From positions 806,001-870,000 of the forward strand of contig NW_020845264.1 of the NCBI RefSeq assembly GCF_003704095.1: a stretch of 64,000 bases of DNA. The letters are read 5' to 3'. The notes under the pieces are model-generated. The model made no database searches and was not told the origin of the DNA. It saw only the letters and a program-made list of their open reading frames with translations. The translations under genes and the position numbers were made by a program. This document shows positions 1 to 11,920 of the stretch, piece after piece (the first letter of the stretch is position 1; every line of letters begins with the position of its first letter). This DNA is from Pocillopora damicornis. Lineage: Eukaryota.

Positions 1-417
1 AGGAGATAGGTGGGGGAGGGGAGTGAAGTCTTCTTGCCCTTCCCCTTCCCCTGCCCCCCACCCCCACCATCTACTCTAACTTCAAATCAAACATGGCTGG
101 TATGATGTGTGTACTGTGGGCTACACTCTTGACTAATGATATTCTTAATGGAGCATACAAAAATAAAATGTTTTGTTAACTCTTTCCTTCCTTAGAAAAA
201 CCATATAATAATTTATCCCTTCTATATCAATGTATTAACGGCAGAAAGGTGATGAGAACAGAGAAAAACATTAAGCATGGCTGATATTGTTTAATTCAAC
301 ACAAATTCTCCAGGCAAAAAGTATGAAAGATGTTTGGCAGACAGAAAGGAGATTCAGTTTTGAGATCTTGAGAATGAAAATGTTTAATTATTATTAGTAA
401 ACGACTTTATTTTCCAG

Positions 418-1457
418 CTGGTCTATTGTGGTCATGAGTACACAGTGAATAATCTGAAGTATGCTGTTCATGTTGAACCTGAAAACCCAGAAATTCTCAG
501 ACAAATTGAGTGGTCTAAGGTAATTGATAGTTGTTAAAAATGGTACAATGTGCATTTAAATCCTCAACAAATTACATTTTTTTTCTCAAGGTATTTGTGT
601 AGTGGGTAATGATAGCATGGATTCACATTCTAGTTATCCATTTTAAAAGTTAAATATAATCAATTTATTTTAGAACAAAAGAGAAGCAAATGAACCAACA
701 GTTCCATCCTCTATTGGCGAGGAGCTCAAATTTAACCCATTTATGAGAGTTCAGTAAGTTGCATTTTAAAATTTTGTACATTTAATAAATGCTCCAGAGA
801 ATGTGTTTACTACAGTAACTCAAGTTCTAAAGCTTAATTCGCTATTAAATGGCAAAGAGCTAATTAAAAGTGGAAGATATAATTATTCGACCATTGTCTT
901 TTCTTGAGATGAAAGTCTACCATGGGCTGCTGTTGAGGGTTCATAGTAAACTCATCTATGACTTCATAACTTCATTAAAAGAATCTACAAAAAGCAGACA
1001 GCTTTAAGAAATTTGTCTATCTATCAAATTGAGGGTGCTTTTTACTTAGGGTAGAAGTTTGAGAATTTCTTTAGACCATTTTTGTCATCTTTGTCCATAT
1101 AACCATCATTATTCTTATTATTGTAAGATATTAAGCAAAGATATTTAGAAATGTTGTTTACTGCTGTCATGGTTCAAAGTTTTGCCCTGTTTAAAAATTC
1201 TGAAACTTGTTTCTCTTTCCTCTCGGATCTATAATAGTAACATATCAGCAGAGACAGGGAAACACAAATTTAATTGGTTTAAAAACATTGAAGCAAAAGA
1301 AAAATTCAAAATACAAACTAGCCTTTGCTATTTTGAACTTGTGAACTTCTTTTGTTTTAGTGAGGAAAATGTAAAGAAATATACAGGAAAATCAGACCCA
1401 ATAGATGTGATGGGAGCCCTTCGGCAAGACAAGGACAAGTTCAAACCTAAACACTGA
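418..1457 (+). CDS. HAGH: Hydroxyacylglutathione hydrolase (glyoxalase II), last three exons (~418-519, 674-753, 1361-1457); 5' part lies outside the window
   Basis: Spliced translation [57 protein letters not shown] is the glyoxalase II C-terminal signature; GT-AG introns. Confidence 0.92.
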
Positions 1458-3055
1458 CTGGGATTAGATTCGGAATAATTATTTATGCACAGTGCTGAAG
1501 AAATTAATTGCTTTTATTTCAATCAAGATTGTAGGGTTTGTACAGACACCAGCAGTTTTGGCAAATGATTGAAATCTGTAAACTAGTTTACCATACCTTC
1601 AAAGTGAAAAAATAAATTAATAGTTTAAAAACTGCTTGGTAACTATTCAGAAGTTTTTCTTTTAACACCAAGCTACAAGCTACAAAAGGAGCAAAATAAA
1701 TATTCGTACCAGTTTCAGAATTAAAGGAATTCCATGAAGACACCATTTAATTAGACAAGTGTAAGGGAAGATTATTCTTTACCTAAAACCTGACTTGGAG
1801 GGATCAATGTGTCGCACTTATTTCATCTTAACTTTCTCATAATTTTATGTATGATGATAAAGTTGGGTAAAAAAAATAAATAAAATCTAAGCATTTTTTG
1901 TTTGTGTGAGTTATACTCTGTGCCTTTGTTTTTAGTTTTAGGGAAAGGGTCAAAATAATTTGAGACAAGTTTTAGTTGTACTTTCCTTTGTTTTAGATAC
2001 ATTACCATAATCCTTAAACAAAGAGAAACATAACTTAAACCATGGTGAATCCTGTATAAAGTAAACTCATCTTAAGAAGACAATAAACAAAGTCCAGACA
2101 TTAAAACAATTCTCTGTTGGAATGCTGAAACTGTGTTCAGCTCACAAATCCATACCTTTTACCATTAATAGGTTTTAATTCTACAGGAAAAATGCAGAGG
2201 TGACAAATCATGTTAAGCTCACAGTATGAAATGTTGCACAGTCAACTAAATATAGCCAGATTTGGCACCAGGGCATCCTGAATCTCAAACTACAGTGTTC
2301 TATGGTGAATTAGTGGGTATGGCTCACTCTAAAAGGTGAGTTTTAGGCAGAACCCTTTCAGCAGTAGGTTGATCCAAGCTGGTGGGACCAATATAATTTA
2401 ATGCAGTCTTCCTGGAGGTATTTGTCCCAATAGTGAGACACCTAAGTGCCCGATTCACAGAGATAAAAGTGAAAGCCATGTTGCCAGAGCTTTCAAATCT
2501 AACACCATTGTATGGTTACTGGATTTCAAGACAATTTGCTTGACAATATGTAGACGTAAATCACAAGTAATCTACTTCATCTGAATGGACACTTGATAAA
2601 ATACTAACTTCATTCCTAGTTCTATTGAAAGGGTTACTCAATAATTATACCTTACAAACTTCTAAAAGTTGGAAAAGAAAAATATTTGAAAGATGATTAA
2701 AATTTTTAATACAAAAATATCTGTCAAAGTATGACTCTATCCGAAATTTTATTGTTTCAGTTTCTTCCACATTTGAATGAAAAATTGTGACTTACTGCCT
2801 AATTCATACAAGGCAAGTATTACAGTTAAAAAAATATTAACAATTGAGTAGAACTTATGATGATAAATTAAATTTGTGTAAAATAATTTCTTCACAAAAG
2901 GTTCCAGCCCATAGAGACAAATTTGTGGTAAGGTGAATCATGCTGTCGTGGAATTGAATACAAAGCCTTGTCCTTTTGACAATGGCAGACATAAAGATTA
3001 AATCGAGTCACAAAAATGAGCATCTTCTCCAGCAATCCATCTTCTATGCAGTAAA

Positions 3056-6000
3056 TTAAATCATATATGGCTCAGCTAACTTGTAAAACAGCAAGTAAGG
3101 GGAGGTGAAGGATGATTCAGATGACGACAGCAATGTTTTTACATCAGATTCCTCTATGGTTCTAACTTCAGCATCATCAAAATGAATCCATTGTAATTCC
3201 TGAGTTTCTGTGACACTTGTACAAGTATGTGATATTTGTCTAGCACCCTGCATCTGTTTTTCTTGATACTGTTGTTTGTCATTTTCTTCTTGGAAATTCA
3301 ATTGCTTTATTGCACTTCTGTGAGACTTTGCACCATCTTGGTACTGAAAACTGCGGATCTTACTCACTGACTTTCCAGTTCCTGCACAGTTGTATGTTGG
3401 TGTGCTAAAATTTCTTCGTTTTTCACCATGGTGTTTGCTTTCTTCATCAGTTCTCTCATCTGGGTTAGTCTCATTTGTGGAATGCCTCTTTGATTTGTGA
3501 AAGAATTTTGTTATTCCAGAAATACATGTTGTCTTTACTTTATCAGCAGTGCTTTCTGAACTCAAGGGTTGAATTTTATCAGGTTTGTCAGCACTTGAGA
3601 AAAAGTCTGAATTGAACTCTGCAGCTAATGCTTCATAACTGTCCACCTTCTTTCCATTATGAGAGGGCAATACCTGTGTGTTGCCATGCTGATAGTGTTT
3701 TGGCACCTGAACATAAGCCTGATAGTGTCCACTGCAAGATGTCATACCACTGTGCATTACAATGCCAAATAGATGGTAGGTAGGGTTAGATAGAGGACAT
3801 GATTTTGAACACCACTCTTTCAAAGACAGCTCCATGGGTGTCTCAAGATTTGAAGTTATCTTGGAAACACTGTTTAATGAAAATCTGCTGAAGAAAAGAA
3901 AACAACATCAGGTGGTTGCACTCTGACAATAGGGACCTATAGCAGACCAAAACAACAACAGAAAGGGGAATGTTGTTTGAAAAAGTTTTAGTGAGTAGAG
4001 CAATACATTTTCTAACCCTTTGAAGAAGGTTAACAATCCAGCCATTTGCCAAATTCTTTTGAAAAAGATATTTTATTCATTGTTCATCACAATTTTCCTT
4101 AACTTTGCCTTCCAACCTGGGTAAGGTCCCTTACAATATTCACAGTTCCATATGTTGTTTGCCAAAATATAATCTTAATATGTTACACTGTTAATAGTAT
4201 TAAATTATTTTTTGCTGATGGCTTACCCCAATAAAGTGTTCGCAGTAAACCTCTTGAGGTGGATTGTAAGTATTCTTGGAAGTTTGTCAAAACATGTGGA
4301 TATCTCAGCTTCAGAATGGGTGAGACAATTCCCGCAAAAGTATTTGTTTTCTCCTGTCAGATGTTCTATCCTGGCAAACTGAGACAGGGCCCAAGGAAGG
4401 CTTTTGCCATCTTGTCCTTTCTTTGGTGTTGGTGAAAATGTGTTAGCAGTTTTTACATCATACACTCTTGGCTCCTGTTGAACTGGAACACTGATATCTT
4501 GGAAACTTTCAAATCGTTTCTTGGCCTCTTCACATGTCATGCATTTAGTCTGATGCAGAAGTTGTCCCTGAAACAATTCTTCCACTTTACTTATATGTTT
4601 GCTCACTTTGTTGTTACTCTTTGAATTGACAAATAGGGCATCTAAATCTCTTACAACTGTTGCATCTTCAATTTTCTTTTTAACATCATTCTCTGTATCT
4701 TGAAGATTTACAAGCAAGCTGCACAAGAATTCTTGGGCATCGTGCTGCTGTTTGTCCTCAAATATTGGATTTTGCTTCCTGTTCAAAGAGAAGATATTTA
4801 AAAAATGTTGACATGTGATTGAAAAGAGTGCTTAAAGGTCAAATTAACCATTTGTAGGTGTTTGTTTGTGTAAGCACCAAGATGTGCTTTTAAGGAAAAT
4901 AGGCTGGGAAGTTTGTGTGGGTAATAATCATCATTATCTAGAGCACACCCTGACCACACACTCAGGAGGAATGTCACATGGAACATTACAACAAACCTAA
5001 ACATCTCCATGAAGCCACAAGGTATTGCAGCAAGAATCAGATGATTTCTTCTTTGCACAAGATGATCACAATTCTCTTTGTTCTCACTGTAATCCAGCTC
5101 CAGCTCATTCATCTCACTGAAAAGCTAAGTAAGACAACACAACATAAATTTGTCATGGTGATATACGTCTATACAAATTTATATATATATATGAATTTGA
5201 GAGTCTCTGCTTAGTAACACTAAGCAGAGACTTTCAATGCACAAATAACAATGAAAATGAAAGGAATCTCTAATTATCTCACCTCTTTTAGTTTGCAAAC
5301 AACTGCTCTGTGATCATTACCAGCAATGCCACAAGGGTCTATGTCTTTATCTGGGCCCTTATAATAACAAACATATTGTGTGAAATTCACATTGTAACTA
5401 GGACAGATCTCTACAATGTTCTTCAGGTGCTAAACTAAGGAGTCCTTTTGATGAAGTGTGAGGGTTAATGAAACATTATCTACCCAGTTTGTGGTAGAAG
5501 CAACTTTATCATGCAACAAATTCTGCAATCTTTGGGGAGAAGATTTGGAATGGGATCCTTGCTGTTATCAAATTTACAACAATTAGACAGATTAAGCTGC
5601 TCTTTTCTATTAAAAAAAAGAAATCCTTGTAATGAAATGCGAGGGTTAATGAAACATTATATACCCAGTTTGCAGTAAAAACAACTATATCATCAAACAA
5701 GTTCAGCAGTCTTTGAAAGGGATTCTTGCTGTCACTGATTTTATAACAATCAAAAAGATTCAGCTGCTCTTTGCTATTTTCCTAAATTATCCCTAACAGG
5801 ATTTTATTGAGTTAGTTATTATGGACAATTAGTACACTCTGTAAATTTTTTGTTTCTTTTAGATAGTTGAGAAAGCCTCTCTCTCCTGAAAATTCCTACA
5901 TTTGCATCTAGACAGATTTCCTCAATATGACAATATGTCAATAACCACTGCCTGGTTAGCTCATGTGGATGAGCGCTTGACTACCGTGAGGGAGGTCAGG

Positions 6001-6293
6001 GTTCAAGATCCAGACTGGAACCACACTCAGAGTCTTAAAAAAAAGGAGAATGTGCTGCCTTTGCTATGATATCTGCAAATGGTTAGACATTCTAGTCTTC
6101 TTGGATAAGGAAGAAAAGTCATAGGCCTCGTCTCCTGCTTCTCCTCAGTACTGGTTAGTAGGGGGACGTTAAAGAACCCACACACTTGTTGCAAAGAGTA
6201 GGGAACGTAACCCTAACCCTTGAAGAACCTTTACAAACCTGACCAAATCCAAGCATATAAGCCTTGTAGAGAGGGAATGCTTGTAATATGGTA

Positions 6294-6342
<49 letters not shown>

Positions 6343-6957
6343 GTAATAATAGTAATAATAGTAATAATAGTAATAATAATAAAAAAAACAATGAAAGGGA
6401 AGAGAATGGTTGCTACTAATACAGTGAACACATTCATCAAAATTATTTCATTTGACCAAAACACAAAATCGTTAACCCTTTCAGTACCCCAATTGAAGTT
6501 CGTTCCTTACATCGTGACTCAACTAATTGAGTGTCTATCTCACGGCCTTGACTAGAAATCAAGTCTTATAACCTAAGTCTGACACGAAGTAACAGATTAC
6601 CTGTTCATCGTCAGCTGATTTTGAGGGATATAGCTTTCTAACGAGTGAGTCGATTTCCATGACAGATTGCATTAAGCCGGGACAAAACCGCAACACTTGC
6701 AGTACAGCGTTTGCATAGCAAATATTTCCAAGATTCTTCAGTCCAGCAAAAGGAGGAGGAATAAGAGGTTCCAATACGTCATCATCATTTGTATTCTGAG
6801 CAGTCGAGGGGCTAAATATTGGGCATAACTTCTCTCTGTTTTCGATCTCGCTCTGCGACTTCTTCTTGTTCTTAAGCTTCAATGAAAACTTGGTTCTTTT
6901 GCGAGGTGGGCTTCTTGGACTTGATGGAGGTGAATCTGTCTGAAAAACCGTCGGCAT
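3056..6957 (-). CDS. USP1: Ubiquitin carboxyl-terminal hydrolase 1-like; exons ~6957-6601, 5357-5283, 5124-4997, 4778-4227, 3887-3056
   Basis: Cys box GLKNLGNICYANAVLQ, QQHDAQEF, Zn-ribbon CMTC/CGNC, His box HSGMTSCSGHY, WIHFDD and SPYLLFY; N-terminus MPTV..SPPRKRTKFSLK resembles USP1; splice phases are consistent. Confidence 0.85.
5461..5777. repeat. Diverged tandem duplication (~181-bp period) in USP1 intron 1
   Basis: agggttaatgaaacattat..cagctgctcttt occurs at 5461 and again at 5642. Confidence 0.75.
5945..6215 (+). mobile_element. tRNA-derived SINE
   Basis: A-box-like tagctcatgtgg and B-box-like gggttcaagatcc head, followed by a non-tRNA body. Confidence 0.6.
6293..6381. repeat. (AAT)n / (AATAATAGT)n microsatellite
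   Basis: Directly visible. Confidence 0.95.
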
Positions 6958-6959
6958 CT

Positions 6960-7441
6960 TGTTCAAGAAAGATTTGAGATGTTATATGTACCAGATTAAG
7001 GCTTAGATAGGTCATTGATTCCAAGAAATTTTTGAAATCTTAAGCAAATGCAAACCTACGGCTTTCATTTCCCCGCCATTCTGCCCATAATTGGATTGTT
7101 CGTGTCCAGTCTTCAAGAGTAAGTTAACCGGGGGGACTGGGTTTGAAACAATGATGGAAAAAGGGCATAAATGATAACAATTACAACCCTTGAGTTTATA
7201 TCGAATTTTCCTTTTGATAATTTTTGGAATATCACCATTCAAAGATACAAGTTATTTTCATTTTGACAACTTTGTTAATAATAGTTTAATAGAACGTTAG
7301 AGACAAGCCCGTGGTATTTATAACACAGCGGTGTTACTTTAAAATTTATGGCGCGAAGAGTTACCCGGGAATAATGGAACATGGCGACCCTTTAGGATTA
7401 CAATTCCCTACTTTTTCACTGCTAAAAGAGATAAAATTGAA
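6960..7441. promoter_or_regulatory. Bidirectional promoter region between USP1 and POLD2
   Basis: Divergent ATGs ~485 bp apart; locally CpG-richer; E2F-like TGGCGCGAA at 7349-7357 and YY1-like AACATGGCG at ~7378. Confidence 0.55.
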
Positions 7442-10400
7442 ATGTTCACTGCACAGCAACTGGATATTAAAGCTACAGAGCTTAAGGCTGAGTTTTTGCT
7501 TTCTGAGCCTTTACATGACGAGGGACCTAAAGAGGAAGACAGGATCGAAAGAACAACTTCTTCCTACTCAAATGAATCGGAGCGCTTTTTGTTAAAAGAC
7601 AGAAGCTTTTCAAGGCAGTATGCCCAGATCTACTCAGTCCGTATCATGGCAATGAGGAAGAAGTTAGCTACAGCAGCAAGAAGGAAATGGGGTTTGTAAT
7701 CGATTTACTTCACAAAAATTTAGCCTCGTAGTTACGGTTTGTGAGAATTGTTGTAAATCTAAACTAGCCATGGTCGGTTGCAATTCCTTAGTTTTGATTG
7801 GTTTGTAGGCCATGGTGTCTGAGCTCTTATTCCATCAACTAAAAATATGGTTGGTGCTGTTTATGTCAGCGGGAGTAGCGTTGAGGGAGTTTGTCCAACT
7901 TTTGTAACAGATTTTTAAATATGTGAAATTGTGCCTTTCAGGTGGGACGGAGAGCGCATTTAAAATACAGAAACTGTCTGAAGTGAAAGTGGATGAAAAA
8001 TGTTTTGTGATTGGAACTCTATTCAAGAAAATGGAAATGAAACCTAGTATTTTAAAGGAGATAAGTGAAGAGGTATGATTGATGTGAGACTGAAAATAAT
8101 TAAACTGCCATTTATGATTATACCATTTAATTTCTGCAAAATTCTTGTCTAAGTTTTATGCATACAGTACAAGCTATTAGATTCATAAATACTAGAAATA
8201 ACTGTATGATTACAGATGAAACTTGTACAATAAAATAAATACCACCAGCAGAATGAGTCTTTTTTCCTGAACCAACTGTCAAGTCCATCTATTGAAAGGT
8301 TTACCTTGTTCATTTTGTTGGCAGCATAATTTGATGCCACAGCCCTCTAGAGATAGATTTACCGAAGATAGTGATGAACTTGTGATAGAGGACGAAACAG
8401 AGAGAGTGTCACTTACTGGTAACATACAAGTTGGAACATGTGTAACAGGTATTTTGGCAATCACACACTCACACAGATTTCCTTCATCTATCATTCCAGC
8501 ATTGTCACAGACCATAGATCATTGACAACAATAATAAACAATGAATGAACTAAAACAGAGAACTAATTCTACCAATGCATCAGAACACTTAGATCAAAAT
8601 TGACTCACACTACTTGAGTCAGCCATAAGCATCACAGCAAAACTTACCTTGATTATCATACCTAACTGACAAAGAACTTCTCATGACTCTGATGATGACT
8701 TCCACTCAGTTTGTCCAAGCAGCAGTCACTGTCAACATTAAAGCCCTTTACAGGATTACTGTTGTTGCTTTGATCTGACCACATGACCAACAGTACTTCT
8801 AGACTCCAATCATTAACTATTTTGAGTTTTTACTAATGGTTATTTGTTAATTTCAGGAAGTTTAGTAGCACTCTGTGGTTGTACAATTGACAGTGGTAAA
8901 TTTGCTGTTGAAGATTATTGTTTCAGTGGCCTTCCTTACCAAACTGTACCAAATCTTGATCAACATTTGTCCAAGGGTGAAGATTGGTGAGATAGTTTCT
9001 TTGAAGTTTTCTCTCTTGCCTTATTTGCTTTTGTCATACTCATTCATGAGATATATATTTATTAACAAAGGATGACTTTAAGAGAGCCTAAGCTCTTTAA
9101 GTAATCGTTATGCTGACCAACTTAAAACTTTCTTTCACTTCCTTATAGCTTCCTAGAGTGAGTTGTGTGGTAGGGCTGGTCACTACAATGATTATTATCT
9201 TGATGGTAGATTTTTTAATGAGTCTATATAGAGGTATATCTGAGAGCTTAATTTCTTTTTCATTTTAAGTTATGTTGCTTTTATCTCTGGTCTTGGATTT
9301 GGTGATAAAAGTCAGGATTTACTCAGCCTTCAGCTTTTTTCTGATTTGGTGATTGGAGAGCTTGGTTGTGTACAGGTGAGATTTGTTTCATATTGAGAGT
9401 AAGATTATTTACCAAAATGAAGAAAGACCTCTGGAAGTGATCTCATGGCCACTCCCTTGGTATGGCATACAGCCAGCTGAATCATATTGGTTATGGCTTG
9501 GAAAGGAATGAATTGTTAACCTTTGAAGAAAAGTTTACCCCACAAGGCTTCATTGTAGAGAGTAACTTAACTTGGTACTCATAAGAAATGCACTCCAGCA
9601 GGCTGTACTTCAAATAATGATTTTTGCCAGAAAGTTTCTTTGTTTGTATCACTTGTATCACTTTTTTCAAAATATTTTCCTTTTGGATGTATTTGTGCCT
9701 TGATAGAGACCCTCTTACTTAAGGTTATGACTCAAAATTGAGACCTTAACGGTCATACCAGATTTTAGTGACCTCCACTTATAATTTACTGCATAGGCTT
9801 GAAATTTAAGATGATCACTTGCTGGAAATTAATTTTACTTTGTAACCCATTGAATAACTAGGATCAAGAATCTTGTGCAAAGATAAGCCGAGTTATCATT
9901 GCTGGAAATTCCTTGAGCCATTATACACTTAATAAAGACAGTGAAGCAAAGGTATGCTATTTACAACTTTTTGCCATTCTTGTCTTCTCTGTGTTTGATG
10001 TAGTATGAATTATTTTCCATCAGCTTATGATTAACAGTTTTTTTATAATGAAGAGAGTGTTATGGGGATTTGCATATTTATAATTTAGATTATTGCCCTT
10101 GTGACAAACAGTGCATTAAAACATGACTGTTCCCAACAGGCAAAGTATTTGACTAGAAATACTGAGGCTGGTAGTGTGGAGGCTATGAAGAGGTTGGATG
10201 AATTTGTAATGCAACTGGCTGTAAGTAATGCAGAATGTTTCTGAAGTTAAGATTTTGAAATCTTACCATGTGAATTGTGGTTTTCTGAATAATATTGAAC
10301 ATGAATGAACAACATGGTGAATTAATTGACATTCCCATCACTAGTCATGTGTTCCAGTAGACATAATGCCTGGGGAGTTTGATCCTGCTAATCACACGGT

Positions 10401-11920
10401 GCCACAGCAACCTTTTCATCGCTGCATGTTTCCCCAAGCAGCTGCTTATCCAACATTTCAAAGTGTGACCAACCCATATGAAGCTGTAATTGGTGGACTA
10501 AGGTAACGTTTTCCACAGAGTACAACCTGCAGTCTGTCCTGTAACTGCATGGTTGGGTAAAGTAGGGAAATTTATATGTATGTATAACCCTATATAAAGA
10601 TTAGAAAGTTGACCAGGACCTATTGATAGAGGTTTTTGTGATTTAAATCATTTATGATCATGAAAGAAACTCCTTATGAACTTAATTTTTGTGGCAGTTT
10701 GCTTGAATTATTTTCATTTTAAAACTATATTTGCAGAATCCTTGGAACCTCAGGACAAAATGTTCAAGACATTCACAGGGTTTCAACATTTGAAGATGGT
10801 TTGGACATTCTAGAACACAGCATGAGTTGGGGTCACATTGCACCCACAGCTCCAGACACCTTAGGTAGTTGTCTGAGGAATTCACTTCCTTTTTATGCTA
10901 AAGCAAAATTGGAGGCTTGGGGAGAACAGAGGGAGTGTTGGTTCAAACAGTTTTTTGCACTGGGTATTTACATAAGGTCAAACCTCAATCATGGGTTTAT
11001 GCAATCAGTGGGCCTTGGGCTTTCTCTATAAGAGGGTTGTTTTGATGAAATAAATGTCCTTCTGCTGTAAGCTTTTGGCCCTCTTGATGCTCAAGGATAC
11101 AGGACAAAAAAATAAAGTTGGACCAAGGCTGGTAGGGTGGTGACCTCCTAAATGAACAAAACAAACAAAGAGGGTTGAAGATAAGAAACAGCACACATTG
11201 TGTTGTAGAGCTGTGTTTAACAGGGGCTGTCACAGATCAATATCAGTATCTGGGAAACTGCCCACCTACCCCTCCCCTAACTCAACATTAACCCTAACTT
11301 GTTATCAATTGACTGGTGTTGAGTTAGGGGAGGGTAGATGGGCAGTTGCCCAGATACTGCTATTGATCTACTGTCACCATGATGGAGAATCAATAACTTA
11401 GTGCTTGGTGCACAGGATTCCTGATTAGAAATATACATGTTCAAGCACTGAGTCTTTTTCTTCTGTTTCTGGACTTACCAGCAAGTGTTCATCATAGGTA
11501 TTCTCAGCAATGGTGATTAGCTTTTTTGTGGCCATTTGCCATTTTCACACTTCTTTTTTCAGGGTGTTACCCATACTATGAGAAGGATCCTTTTATTTTG
11601 GAGAAATGTCCACATGTGTACTTCGTTGGCAATCAACACAAGTATGCAAGCAAATTTATCCATGGTAAGCATGCAAGTAACAATGAATTGATCAAAGAGA
11701 AGAATTTCTTTATTCAGCGTTGATTTTAATTTATAGTTACCGTCTCTCTTTAGGTGAAAATGGTCAGAAAGTGTTGTTGGTGACAGTTCCTGCCTTCTCC
11801 AGTACAAAGACATGTGTGATGCTTAATTTAAGAACACTAACCTGCCACCCAATGAGCTTTTCTGCTCTTCCATCAACACTAAATGTTAAGGCATCAATTA
11901 AAGCACAGATGGAAATTTAA
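7442..11920 (+). CDS. POLD2: DNA polymerase delta subunit 2; exons ~7442-7691, 7942-8072, 8325-8448, 8857-8986, 9270-9375, 9862-9951, 10140-10220, 10345-10502, 10737-10864, 11563-11664, 11754-11920
   Basis: Motifs [72 protein letters not shown]. Confidence 0.95.
8560..8800 (+). mobile_element. Degenerate Penelope/retrozyme-like repeat with decayed hammerhead core
   Basis: tgact-ctgatga-tgac..gtc-caag-cagc-agtca at ~8684-8728; related copies at ~35440 and ~39180. Confidence 0.5.
11233..11370. mobile_element. Palindromic MITE with 6-bp target-site duplication
   Basis: Near-perfect ~55-bp inverted arms (gatcaatatcagtatctggg.../...cccagatactgctattgatc), flanked by CTGTCA at 11227-11232 and 11371-11376. 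Confidence 0.85.

Noticed and set aside
5945-6020. tRNA gene
   Set aside because: No clean cloverleaf; continues into a SINE body
6155-6464. Poly-Leu and poly-Ile ORFs
   Set aside because: Translations of the (AAT)n microsatellite
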